DNA of 64,000 nt, from positions 26,350,001 to 26,414,000 of the forward strand of contig OZ024764.1 in the NCBI GenBank assembly GCA_964016885.1. Reading direction: 5' to 3'. A program made the position numbers and the translations under genes. Shown here piece after piece: positions 27,101 to 36,114 of this stretch (position 1 is its first letter; every line of letters begins with the position of its first letter). This DNA is from Eledone cirrhosa. Lineage: Eukaryota. Below the pieces are notes generated by a model that was given only the letters and a program-made list of their open reading frames with translations, ran no database searches and was not told where the DNA came from.

Positions 27101-27352
27101 GAGCAAGACAGTCACCTGACTCGACTTGCCTCTAATGCGACAACCTGCCTAACTCATGTTAGCATTAAGTGATGAGGATGTATATGTGTGTGTGTATATA
27201 TATATATATATGTGTACAAATATTGATTGATTGATTGATTTTTTTTTTTTTTTTACATTTTATTTCAGAATCCTCTTAAGATGAGTAACAACTTCTTGTT
27301 GTCAGCAAAAAATGGAATCTGGGTGAAATTTGAACATAGAGAAAAAGTGTGA
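110..27352 (+). CDS. Cytochrome P450, clan 3 (CYP3A-like); 3' nine coding exons, 5' part outside window. join(110..198,11400..11548,12362..12495,13375..13495,14470..14627,18175..18263,20473..20610,24561..24723,27269..27352)
   Basis: All nine exons have AG/GT boundaries and compatible phases. They total 1125 nt = 374 aa + TGA. Motifs present: [25 protein letters not shown] (I-helix), ETLR (K-helix ExxR), [12 protein letters not shown] (PERF), [10 protein letters not shown] (heme Cys). Exon sizes 89, 149, 89+138=227 and 163 match human CYP3A4 exons 6, 7, 11 and 12 as I recall them. Confidence 0.93.
268..2510. repeat. Intronic minisatellite with mixed 27/30/33-bp units (ccactctacagccactgac[tac]caacaac[aac]a)
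   Basis: About 70 tandem copies directly visible; length variants differ by whole triplets. Confidence 0.97.
2745..10246. repeat. Intronic satellite, 65-bp unit, about 115 copies, with higher-order structure
   Basis: agacatgtgg recurs at 4921, 4986 and 5051 (period 65). Unit: tctctgaattgagagatcacagctctgatactacagacatgtggttagaatgtctcaggaaagaa. Confidence 0.98.
10247..10466 (-). repeat. Inverted partial copy of the 72-bp-repeat MITE end (about 3 units plus terminal repeat)
   Basis: Reverse complement of the 10625-11200 units; ends in tgtaaatgctaaagga, which resembles the MITE terminal repeat. Confidence 0.85.
10616..11340. mobile_element. piggyBac-like MITE with an internal 72-bp tandem array (about 8 copies, 10625-11200)
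   Basis: TTAA at 10612-10615 and 11341-11344; 14-bp terminal inverted repeats ccctttagcattta / taaatgctaaaggg. TTAA target sites and CCC ends are piggyBac hallmarks. Confidence 0.85.
11400..11548 (+). CDS. CYP3A-like exon ([49 protein letters not shown])
   Basis: ttaatttag|A ... T|gtaagt; 149 bp; E-helix motif similar to CYP3A YSMDVITSTSFG. Confidence 0.92.
11577..12260. repeat. 48-bp tandem array (about 14 copies) derived from the internal segment of a SINE
   Basis: Unit aagcacccagtccacactgtaaagtggtcatgtaggtgtcacaacaaa also occurs as one or two copies inside SINEs (e.g. 57655-57760, 25765-25826). Confidence 0.93.
12362..12495 (+). CDS. CYP3A-like exon ([45 protein letters not shown]), F-G region
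   Basis: ttctattgcag|TC ... AAT|gttagt; 134 bp; phases 1 and 0 fit its neighbours. Confidence 0.85.
12617..12935 (-). mobile_element. RTE-clade LINE 3' end fragment
   Basis: Minus frame [14 protein letters not shown]...[14 protein letters not shown], followed by the cccacccttgcaagcagggaaaagcggacgtaaaa tail and (GAT)n. Confidence 0.9.
13375..13495 (+). CDS. CYP3A-like exon ([41 protein letters not shown]), H helix and H-I loop
   Basis: tattttgtag|ATG ... G|gtattt; 121 bp; [10 protein letters not shown] aligns with CYP3A DFLQLMIDSQ; phases 0 and 1 fit. Not listed in the ORF track. Confidence 0.85.
13925..14317 (-). mobile_element. tRNA-derived SINE (CORE-like middle, RTE-type 3' tail), 5'-truncated, with about 4 internal 48-bp repeats
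   Basis: Reverse complement of the family seen complete at 36300-36645. Confidence 0.85.
14470..14627 (+). CDS. CYP3A-like exon, I-helix ([52 protein letters not shown])
   Basis: cctcatag|GA ... GAG|gtaagt; 158 bp. Confidence 0.95.
15114..16958 (-). mobile_element. Degenerate Penelope-like element inserted in a (TA)n tract
   Basis: Flanked by TA microsatellites. The minus-strand 3' end carries a hammerhead fold overlapping AATAAA. A broken minus-strand peptide ([18 protein letters not shown]) weakly resembles late RT motifs. Classification is inferred. Confidence 0.5.
15157..15212 (-). ncRNA. Type I minimal hammerhead ribozyme, U3-A8 core variant
   Basis: Minus strand reads UUAU-A-UGCC | UUGAUAA | GUCC-caccaugggguc-GGAC | GAA | AC-ggcu-GU | C | GGCA-AUAA. 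Stems I, II and III pair and the cleavage triplet is GUC. Confidence 0.8.
17266..17385. repeat. Perfect palindrome, 59-bp arms with a 2-nt spacer, centred on a truncated hammerhead-like core
   Basis: 17266-17324 is the exact reverse complement of 17327-17385. The minus strand of the left arm reads CTGATGA-tttctaaagaat-GAAA-cagttcta-GTC. Confidence 0.9.
17402..17700 (-). mobile_element. SINE/RTE-tail repeat (ggatgcccttcctaacaccaac family)
   Basis: (CAT)n tail plus the conserved ggatgcccttcctaacaccaacc core. Related copies at about 24945-25170, 25605-25826, 27020-27180, 30065-30230, 38085-38285, 47740-47915 and 57650-57917. Confidence 0.75.
17752..18047 (-). mobile_element. RTE-clade LINE 3' fragment
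   Basis: Minus frame [11 protein letters not shown]...[16 protein letters not shown]...GTPRKTWDK. Confidence 0.88.
18175..18263 (+). CDS. CYP3A-like exon, K-helix ([29 protein letters not shown])
   Basis: tttgtctag|GAA ... TT|gtatgt; 89 bp; ExxR motif ETLR. Confidence 0.95.
18301..20200. repeat. 61-bp satellite (about 31 copies) amplified from the C-terminal coding end of a CR1/L2-type LINE on the minus strand
   Basis: gcagtgtct recurs at 18361 and 18422. The minus strand entering the array reads [29 protein letters not shown], matching the RVxxxWNxLPxxVV...FK motif that ends CR1/L2 ORF2. Confidence 0.9.
20473..20610 (+). CDS. CYP3A-like exon ([46 protein letters not shown])
   Basis: ttgttacag|A ... 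AG|gtgaga; 138 bp; PERF/meander region. Confidence 0.95.
20697..23321. repeat. 68-bp satellite with a 65-bp variant, about 39 copies; degenerate outliers at about 23830-23945
   Basis: ccatgtattac recurs at 20782 and 20850. It accounts for the three overlapping ~800-aa ORFs in the track. Confidence 0.97.
23470..23745 (+). mobile_element. tRNA-derived SINE with CORE-like segment
   Basis: A-box tggcctagtggtaa, B-box gggttcgattcc, then gtgttcttgagcaaaacacttcatttcacgttgctccagt. Confidence 0.85.
24112..24518. repeat. (ACC/AAC)n low-complexity microsatellite just upstream of the heme exon acceptor
   Basis: Direct observation. Confidence 0.95.
24561..24723 (+). CDS. CYP3A-like exon, heme-binding ([54 protein letters not shown])
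   Basis: atctccccag|A ... GAA|gtaagt; 163 bp; FxxGxRxCxG signature. Confidence 0.97.
24743..24930 (+). mobile_element. tRNA-derived SINE family 2 (gagttcaaatcc...gactttgcctttcatccttacggggtcgata), resembling octopus OK/OR-type SINEs
   Basis: A-box-like tggcagtatcgg, B-box gagttcaaatcc. Copies at about 29050-29240(-), 31530-31650(-), 34279-34467(+), 39280-39400(-), 48128-48295(-), 59655-59840(-), 62600-62767(+) and 63355-63548(-). Confidence 0.85.
25170..25575 (-). mobile_element. RTE-clade LINE 3' fragment
   Basis: Reverse complement of the 46120-46675 RTE end ([15 protein letters not shown]...[15 protein letters not shown]). Confidence 0.88.
25828..26345 (-). mobile_element. RTE-clade LINE reverse transcriptase fragment (degenerate)
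   Basis: Minus strand encodes [14 protein letters not shown]...[14 protein letters not shown]...[21 protein letters not shown]...[16 protein letters not shown]. Confidence 0.9.
26552..27045. repeat. 48-bp SINE-derived tandem array (about 10 copies, with a 3-unit higher-order duplication) continuous with its parent SINE tail
   Basis: Same unit family as 11577-12260; runs directly into ttggtgttaggaaaggcatccag. Confidence 0.9.
27269..27352 (+). CDS. CYP3A-like last coding exon ([27 protein letters not shown])
   Basis: Long polypyrimidine tract then tatttcag|AAT; typical P450 C-terminal GIWVKF; TGA at 27350-27352. The first AATAAA downstream is at 29010, with others near 29033 and 29395. Confidence 0.9.
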   Translation, partial: NPLKMSNNFLLSAKNGIWVKFEHREKV

Positions 27353-27368
27353 AATTCATAAGTAATTA

Positions 27369-29010
27369 CTGTATATACCTGTATATAAGCCGAGAAATGT
27401 GTGCCCTAAAAAAAGTCGATGGTAAAATGATTCTTTCCTGAGATATTCTAACCACATGTCCATACTATCGGAGCTGTTATCTCTCAATTCGGAGAAGTAA
27501 CAGCTCTAACTGGAGTGACTCTCTCATCTCTGAGCTACAAATCTGTCCAGTGATTCTTTCCTGAGATATTCTAACCACATGTCCATACTATCGGAGCTGT
27601 TATCTCTCAATTCGGAGAAGTAACAGTTCTAACTGGAGTGACTCTCTCATCTCTGAGCTACAAATCTGTCCAGTGATTCTTTCCTGAGATATTCTAACCA
27701 CATGTTCATACTATCGGAGCTGTTATCTCTCAATTCGGAGAAGTAACAGCTCTAACTGGAGTGATTCTCTCATCTCTGGGCTACAAATCTGTCCAGTGAT
27801 TCTTTCCTGAGACATTCTAACCACATGTCCATACTATCGGAGCTGTTATCTCTCAATTCGGAGAAGTAACAGCTCTAACTGGAGTGACTCTCTCATCTCT
27901 GAGCTACAAATCTGTCCAGTGATTCTTTCCTGAGATATTCTAACCACATGTCCATACTATCGGAGCTGTTATCTCTCAATTCGGAGAAGTAACAGCTCTA
28001 ACTGGAGTGACTCTCTCATCTCTGAGCTACAAATCTGTCCAGTGATTCTTTCCTGAGATATTCTAACCACATGTCCATACTATCGGAGCTGTTATCTCTC
28101 AATTCGGAGAAGTAACAGCTCTAACTGGAGTGACTCTCTCATCTCTGAGCTACAAATCTGTCCAGTGATTCTTTCCTGAGATATTCTAACCACATGTCCA
28201 TACTATCGGAGCTGTTATCTCTCAATTCGGAGAAGTAACAGCTCTAACTGGAGTGATTCTCTCATCTCTGAGCTACAAATCTGTCCAGTGATTCTTTCCT
28301 GAGATATTCTAACCACATGTTCATACTATCGGAGCTGTTATCTCTCAATTCGGAGAAGTAACAGCTCTAACTGGAGTGATTCTCTCATCTCTGGGCTACA
28401 AATCTGTCCAGTGATTCTTTCCTGAGATATTCTAACCACATGTCCATACTATCGGAGCTGTTATCTCTCAATTCGGAGAAGTAACAGCTCTAACTGGAGT
28501 GACTCTCTCATCTCTGAGCTACAAATCTGTCCAGTGATTCTTTCCTGAGATATTCTAACCACATGTTCATACTATCGGAGCTGTTATCTCTCAATTCGGA
28601 GAAGTAACAGCTCTAACTGGAGTGATTCTCTCATCTCTGGGCTACAAATCTGTCCAGTGATTCTTTCCTGAGATATTCTAACCACATGTCCATACTATCG
28701 GAGCTGTTATCTCTCAATTCGGAGAAGTAACAGCTCTAACTGGAGTGACTCTCTCATCTCTGAGCTACAAATCTGTCCAGTGATTCTTTCCTGAGATATT
28801 CTAACCACATGTCCATACTATCGGAGCTGTTATCTCTCAATTCGGAGAAGTAACAGCTCTAACTGGAGTGATTCTCTCATCTCTGAGCTACAAATCTGTC
28901 CAGTGATTCTTTCCTGAGATATTCTAACCACATGTTCATTGTATATTCTTGTTTCTTGCCTATTTCTCAGACATAAAATCATGGGCCGGCTTATATACGG
29001 GTATATATGA
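27369..29010. mobile_element. Tc2/pogo-like MITE in the CYP 3' UTR containing a 123-bp tandem array
   Basis: Left end ctgtatatacctgtatataagccg (27369-27392, preceded by TA) versus right end cggcttatatacgggtatatatga (28987-29010): 20/24 inverted match. Confidence 0.75.
27428..28939. repeat. 123-bp tandem array, about 12.3 copies
   Basis: tgattctttcc at 27428, 27551, 27674 and 27797 (period 123). Confidence 0.97.
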
Positions 29011-29486
29011 ATAAATTACTGACTGAATGTTTAATAAAATCAAGAAAAATAATTGTTTCTACTATTGGCACAAGGCCAGAAAATTACCCAGTACATTACT
29101 GGTACTTTATTTTATCGACCCCGTAAGGATGAAAGGCAAAGTTAACCTCGGCGGGATTTGAACTCAGAATGGCAAGGGCCGTAACTCTATGCGTCAAAGC
29201 ATGGCGTCCGAACCTCTACCGATACTGCCAATCCACCGCCATCAAGAAATCAAGAAAAATCAAGAAAAATCAAGAAAAATAATAATAGATTATTATAACC
29301 CTTAAAAATATATTACTCTATTATTTTACTATGTATTCCAGCTGACAGTCTGAGGCCATGCTGGGGCACTGCCATTGTATATAGAGATATTTTTAATAAA
29401 TACTTTTTTACATTTTGTTGGTAAAATCTTTCTTAAATATTAAAAACTAATTCCTGGGAGTAATTTGCTTTACTCTCAACATTACC

Positions 29487-29893
29487 TATGTATGTATATA
29501 TGTGTATATATGTATGTATATATGTGTTTATACATGTGTGTTATGTGTATATATGTATGTATATATATATATATATGTATGTGTATATATGCATGTATAT
29601 GTGTGTATGTATGTATGTATGTATATGTGTATGTATATATATGTGTGTATATGTATGTATGTATGTGTATATATGCATGTATGTGTGTATATGTATGTTA
29701 ATGTGTATGTATGTGTGTATGTATATATATGTGTGTCTGTGTATATATATGTGTATATTATATATATGTGTGTATGTATATATATGTGTATATGTATGTA
29801 TCTTAATGTGTATGTATGTGTGTATGTATATATATGTATGTATGTGTGTCTGTGTATATAATATATATGTGTGTGTGTGTGTATGTATGTATG
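29487..29893. repeat. Compound (TA)/(TG)/(TATG) microsatellite
   Basis: Direct observation. Confidence 0.95.
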
Positions 29894-30573
29894 GTCACTT
29901 GTGAGTCCTACAACCCGCTCCATGATCAGAAGGTCAGTAACTAAACCAGCAACACCACCAAGCTTGCTTGGTGAGGAGGTGGATTGGACACCCTGTGGGA
30001 TGAAAAACAAACCCTGACAAAGGGTGGAGGATCTTATGAGAGTCAACAGCAATCTAATAGTGTATCACCATCATCATCATCGTCATTTTACGTCTGCTTT
30101 CCCCTGCTTGCAAGGGTGGGACGGGAACTGATTCTGGCTTGATTTCTACAGCTGGATGCCCTTCCTAACACCAACCTCATTTACAGTGTGGGCTGGGTGC
30201 TTTTTTGCTGTGACACCTCCACGACCACTTTGAGTACAGCAGATTTCTTTGAGAGGAAATGAGAAAGAGATATAGAGGAAGAATTGACCCCAGTACAAGA
30301 CTGGTAGCTTTTTTTTTATCGACCTCGACAGGATTTGAACTCAGAGAACGAGAACAAATACCATACAGCATTCTATCCAATGTTCTAACGACTTTGCCAA
30401 TTCGCCACCTATTCAACAGGAATACCATGACACAACTAAGATATATTTCTAAACAGTCAGTGACTCTTTTGCTTATTCCCACATCCTGGATGCTGCGATT
30501 AGGGCGAGAGCTACAGCTTCCGTAGCTGAATGGAACTAAATTCTGAAATACAGAAATCTGTTGGTTAACTACC

Positions 30574-30870
30574 TTTTCCAAGCCTGTGACGTTTGGGTTG
30601 AGTTGGGCCACTAACTGCGTGGTTCCCATCTTCGCTGGCGGCTCGCCTCACCGAGGTAATTGGTGATGCTCATGAAGGCGTTTGGCTGTCACAGCGCATC
30701 AGCCTCGCCATAACCCGAGGTAACGCTGCGAGCATGCTGGCTTGCCTAAAAAATTATTAGAGAGGTTTTCCAGTTCTCCTCGTGATATCGTTATCTTTTG
30801 TACAGGCAGCGGTTCGTTTGTCCACCGTTGTCTTTTGTTATCTTGTTTGATCGCTGGATGTTATCCACAA
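30574..30870 (+). repeat. Unclassified GC-richer dispersed repeat; other copies at about 33443-33730(+) and 39520-39782(-)
   Basis: Shared ttttcc(a)agcctgtg...ttcccatcttc.ctggc...cagcctcgccat.acccgaggtaacg.tgcgag...gcct.aaa.ttattagag. Confidence 0.75.
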
Positions 30871-31720
30871 AAAATAATGTTTACCTTAGCATGAGATAAT
30901 TGCTATAAAATATATAATTAGATTAATTAAAGTTATAACGACAGCAAATACGCGGGGTCGTTAACAATATTTTCTTCGACTGAATGACACCGGTGTCATA
31001 CGTTAACAGTTCCTGCCATAATTTAATACATTAGGAAATAGATTTAATCGTATCTAATCTATAGAAAATCAAATAATGATAGTAATTATACGTCGAATAG
31101 GAAGCCTCTGTTTATGGCTGCCGCATACACCTCACATCTCGACTCACTGAGGCATACGCACAATTCATTCGTCATAAGTCACCACACTAACCAAATCGCT
31201 AATATAAACCACATTTGGTGACATCAAACCATCTCTTTATCCGCCGCTACATGATAACTTGCAGGATAAAGTGGGAAGTGTTGATGGATAAGGAAGTCAG
31301 GACCAGGTGTGTAGATACTATTGCATCTAAATGTAGAGAACTTCTTAAGCAAAATGAAGACGTAACACATCTACACATAAATACTTATATCTATATATGT
31401 ATGTTTTTAAATAGTATCGGATGTATGTTTTATTATTTACATTAAGTTATATTTAAAATCTACACAGGAGATACAGTAACACAGAACACATAAGCAGAAT
31501 ATAATTTATTGAAAAAATGTGAAGAGAATAATTGTTTCTACTTTTGGCACAAGGCCAGCAATTATCCAGTACATTACTGGTACTTTATTTTATCGACCCC
31601 ATAAGGATGAAAGGCAAAGTTAACCTCGGCGGAATTTGAACTCAGAATGGCAAGAAGAGAATAATGAGAGTTGTCCCCCCTTCCATATTTTAGGTTATTA
31701 AAGAAAAAACAATTAAATAA

Positions 31721-31828
31721 ACATGCGCAGTAGACCAGTACCTTACTTCCGTCTTCACCGGATGTGCGAAGAAAATATAAAATTTTCCTGTCAGTATTAA
31801 TGAGCTGGAAGTATTCAATGATGTAAGT
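31721..31828 (+). promoter_or_regulatory. Putative ZNF-1 promoter and first non-coding exon (NRF1-like ACATGCGCAGTAG, ETS-like ACTTCCGT, donor GAT|GTAAGT at 31823)
   Basis: The same motif order is conserved upstream of all four ZNF ORFs. Function is inferred. Confidence 0.6.
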
Positions 31829-32519
31829 ATTATGGCTGCTAACACTTCTCACATGAGAAATATTGGTTTTTCTTTCTTTCATTATTGGAAATATAAAACG
31901 TTATGGTGAACATGTGTAATTTAGCCACCTCTAATTAATTAAAGTGGAAACTATTGTTGTTAGTCAGACATTGATATTAATTCTATTGTCCAGTACATTG
32001 TCTCAAATATCACAGATTTTAACAATAACAACACAAATCAATAACTTTTATCTAGATTATTATCTAAACTACGATGTATTATAAAAATATCTGTCTATAT
32101 ATATTTCTCAGTTTCAGATGATCCCCTAATAGGGTGAAAGCACCGATTCTTTGCTTAAGCTTTAATTTGTACTACTAATAATATATATATAATATATATA
32201 TATTATTAGTAGTACAAATTAAAGTTTATATATATATATATCAGTGTCGAAGGGTAGCTTGGAAAGCAAGGTACGCAGTCCATTCGCCATGGCGGATGGT
32301 GCGGCCTTACCCCCCCCCCCCCCTTCCTTCCTTCCTTCCTACAATTAATCGTCCTCTCCTCCATTTGTAAATGTGATATGAACTAATTTTAATGTGAGAA
32401 AATTCACTTCACACTACAGTCTTGATACTCCCTCTCCTCTCGACTTAAAGTCTCCCCCAGTTTGTAACAGCATGGCGACGAAGCTGTCATGATATTGATT
32501 TTAATATTCATTTTATTCA

Positions 32520-33045
32520 GTTGTATAATATATATATATATATTTCTTTATTTAGATAGATGATAATATATATATATATATTTTTCTTTATTTATATAGA
32601 TGATAATATATATATTTATTTTTATTTATTTATATATATGATAATATATATATATATTTCTTTATTTATATAGATTATACATATATATATATATTTCTTT
32701 ATTTATATAGATTATACATATATATATATATTTCTTTATTTATATAGATTATACATATATATATATATTTCTTTATTTATATAGATTATACATATATATA
32801 TATATTTCTTTATTTATATAGATGATACATATATATATATATATCTTTATTTATATAGATGATAATATATATATTTCTTTATTTATATAGATAATATATA
32901 TATATATTTCTTTAATTAGATAGATAGATTTCTTTATTTATATAGATGATAATATATATATATATTTCTTTATTTATATAGATGATTATATATATATATT
33001 TCTTTAATTAGATAGATAGATTTCTTTATTTATATAGATGGTAAT
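32520..33045. repeat. AT-rich minisatellite (tttctttatttatatagat(g/t)at plus (TA)n)
   Basis: Direct observation. Confidence 0.9.
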
Positions 33046-33733
33046 ATAATAAAACCTTCAAGATAATGAGATATTTAAAATTCATTCGTAAATCAGTTTA
33101 ATTTTCTTCTTTTCTTTTTGGCAAAGTCATCCATCTATTTGCTATAAAATGTATCATCACCATCGTCTTCATCAAAATCTCTTTATTCATGGATTTCTTT
33201 TATTTTTCTCTTCTTTCTCTATATTTTCTTATTTTACATTCCATTCTCCTCAATCTGAATTTTCTTTTTCTATTAAACTGTATTTACATGATATATTCCA
33301 TAAATAAAATTATATCTTTTGTTATTTTGGAAAATAAAACAATTTATTTATTCGCTTTAATGAAGAAAACCACCTCTCACGTGAGGCATATGTGGCAGGT
33401 ATGGTCAGAATCAGGCGAAATAATTTTGTCGGTTTAACTACATTTTCCAGCCTGTGGTGTTCGAGACGTTTGGGGGAGTCGGGCCACTGACTGCGAGGTT
33501 CCCATCTTCACTGGCAACTCGCCTAGCAGGCAACTGGTGATACTCGTAAGGGCGCTTGGCTGTTTCAACGCCTCAGCCTCGCCATTACCCGAGGTAACGT
33601 TGCGAGTGTGCTGGTTTGCCTCAAATTTATTAGAGGAAGTTTGCCAGTGCTCCTCGCGATATTGTCATCTTTTACTCTGGTAGTGATACGTTTGTGACCC
33701 CCCCCCCCCCTCGCCTGCCTTTTGTTGTGTGCT

Positions 33734-33920
33734 ACCCGCTTGTGTGTTGTATCTGGTCCTAGATGTATGTATTACCCACTTGTGTGTTGTATCTGGTCCT
33801 AGATGTATGTATTACCCACTTGTGTGTTGTATCTGGTCCTAGATATATGTATTACCCGCTTGTGTGTTGTATGTGGTCCTAGATGTGTGTATTACCTGGT
33901 TGTGTGTTGTATGTATTACC
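33734..33920. repeat. 40-bp tandem repeat, about 4.5 copies
   Basis: accc(g/a)cttgtgtgttgtatctggtcctagatgtatgtatt at 33734 and 33774 onward. Confidence 0.9.
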
Positions 33921-34075
33921 TGCCATAGAAAACCAGCCAGAAACTCTCCTATATGAGCGAGACACGGCCACTCAACCCAACTTGCCTCTAAATGGACAAA
34001 CCCGTCTAATCAGTGCTAGCGTGGAAGATAGACGTTAATTGATGGTGATGGTATATATATATATATATATGTTTG

Positions 34076-34272
34076 ATAGCATTTGTTGATCTACTACCTC
34101 CTGCCATCTGGTGGTCATTAAAAAAACTAAGCATAGCAGTACAAGCTATGAACAGAGAAGACATTAGTAAGGTGAGAGTAGGAAATGAGTTCAGTGAGGA
34201 AGTCAAGAGTGCAGCTGGGTGTTCATCAAGGCTCAGTTCTCAGTCCACTTCTTTCCTTTCATCACAGTTTGT
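34076..34272 (+). mobile_element. RTE reverse-transcriptase relic upstream of ZNF-1; paralogous copies at about 41536-41735, 51180-51382 and 60178-60400
   Basis: Translates as AFVDL...IWWSLKKL...AVQAMNREDISKVRVGNEFSEE, and after a frameshift RVQLGVHQGSVLSPLL; homologous to the RT fragment at 25828-26345. Confidence 0.88.
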
Positions 34273-34958
34273 GACATTCGGTGGATTGGCAGTATCAGTA
34301 GAGGGTCAGACACCATGCTTTCCAGCATAGTTACGTCCCTTTACGATCTGAGTTCAAATCCCGCCGAGGTTGACTTTGCCTTTCATCCTTACGAGGTCGA
34401 TAAAATAAAGTACCAGTAATGCACTGGGATAATTGATGGCCTTGTGCCAAAAGTAGAAACAATTATTGATAAATCTTGCTTTCTTTGTCTCTTCTTCTCC
34501 ACTTACAACATTTTTACTCCATCTACTTTCTGTTGTCTGTCTTCTCTTATAATATATATTTTTTTTTATTTCAGATTATCAGATGACATTGGAATCAAAG
34601 AATGTTTTCTTGAGATGTATCATTAATATTTATCATCTTTTAAAGAGTAAAAGAAGTTGATATATCAGAGAGATATAATCTTAATTACATATATCTGTCT
34701 GTGGTATATTTCTTTTCACCTGAGAGAAATAGCAACATTTCTCTTTTTCACTGTCTGGAATATTTACAAGAGGATTTTACCTTGACATTAAACTGAGATT
34801 GTGACATCTTCAGAGATTGACACAGTTGATGGAAATATTACACTAGAAATATTTTTCAACATTATAGGAACATTTGAAATTAAAGACAAGAAAAGTATCC
34901 ACATATTGTTGTGAGAGAGGAAAAATTATAGAAAAACTAATTATCAGATAAACTCAAG

Positions 34959-35822
34959 ATGCCAAAAGTGATAGAAAAATCCTCTTACTCCTGTGATGTC
35001 TGTGGTAAATCATTTACTGGAGAAAAACTCTTAAAAAAACACAAACATATCCATACAGAAAACAAGCCGTTTCACTGCGATGTATGTGGTAAATCGTTCT
35101 CTGTTAGTAATTATTTAACAAAACATAAACGTATTCATACAGGAGAGAAACCATATGATTGTGACGTTTGTGGTAAATCGTTCTCTGTAAGAAGTACCTT
35201 GAATGTACATATGCGTATCCATACAGGCGACAGGCCGTATCAGTGCGATGTCTGTGAGAAATCATTCACTGGAAGTAATGACTTAACTAAACACAAACGT
35301 ACTCATACAGGAGAGAGACCATATCGTTGTGAGAACTGTGGCAAGTCATTCTCAGCAAGTAATACTCTAACTAAGCACAAAGTCACACATACAGGAGAGA
35401 CACCACACCACTGTGATGTCTGCGGTAAATCATTTTCTGTGAACACGGCATTAACTAGACACAAACGTATTCATACAGGAGAGAGACCATATCCATGTTT
35501 AGTCTGTGGTAAAGCATTCTCCCAGAAAGGTCATTTGACTATTCACGAACGTTTTCATTCAGGAGTGAAGCCATATCATTGTGATATCTGTGGGAAAGCG
35601 TTCTCTGATAATAATGGTTTAAATAGACACATACGTGTTCATACACAAGAAAAGCCATTTCCGTGTGAGGTCTGTGGTAAAGCATTCTCTGAAAAAAATT
35701 ACTTAACTAAACACAAACGCATTCATAGAGGAGAGAATCCATACCACTGTGATATTTGTGGTAAATCATTTTCTCAACATCACGATTTAAGTAGACACAT
35801 ACGTATTCATACAGAAGATTAG
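34959..35822 (+). CDS. C2H2 zinc-finger protein, 10 fingers, single coding exon (ZNF-1, 287 aa)
   Basis: Ten CxxC-x12-HxxxH repeats with TGEKP-type linkers; upstream acceptor tttcag| at 34574. Confidence 0.95.
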   Translation: MPKVIEKSSYSCDVCGKSFTGEKLLKKHKHIHTENKPFHCDVCGKSFSVSNYLTKHKRIHTGEKPYDCDVCGKSFSVRSTLNVHMRIHTGDRPYQCDVCEKSFTGSNDLTKHKRTHTGERPYRCENCGKSFSASNTLTKHKVTHTGETPHHCDVCGKSFSVNTALTRHKRIHTGERPYPCLVCGKAFSQKGHLTIHERFHSGVKPYHCDICGKAFSDNNGLNRHIRVHTQEKPFPCEVCGKAFSEKNYLTKHKRIHRGENPYHCDICGKSFSQHHDLSRHIRIHTED

Positions 35823-36049
35823 CCAAATCACTGGTGTAGGTGGTAAATCTTGCTCTGACAATTGTAAGTTAACTATACATGAATATAAAGCGTGAAACTA
35901 ATAAGACGTTTTGTACCTCTGTTTATTGTCTCCTGTAAATATATATATATATGTTAGGTAATTCCGAAGTAAAAGCAAAGGAAAAAAGAGTGCTCTATGT
36001 ATAGAACAGAGCTGTTTAATTAGAAAGTGAACAACACAAAATATAACTA

Positions 36050-36114
36050 CTCCATTACCAAAGGTTTCTGGATCCCAGACAATAATATATGTCTGGATTG
36101 GTCATCAGACAGAG
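36050..36114 (-). ncRNA. Hammerhead-like fold within a ~100-bp-arm inverted repeat (36019-36120 / 36139-36242)
   Basis: Minus strand reads CUCUGU | CUGAUGA | cca-auCCAGACA-uauauuau-UGUCUGG-gaucca | GAA | ACC-uuu-GGU | A | AUGGAG. The core is intact but the base of stem II is mismatched. Confidence 0.55.

Noticed and set aside
2745-28939. Regularly spaced repeats as possible CRISPR arrays
   Set aside because: Units are contiguous with no unique spacers, there are no cas genes, and the context is a spliced eukaryotic gene.
32108-32150. cagatga-ccc...ggg-tgaaa hammerhead-like motif
   Set aside because: The core is degenerate (CAGAUGA) and stems I and III are not identifiable; noted only as a possible relic.
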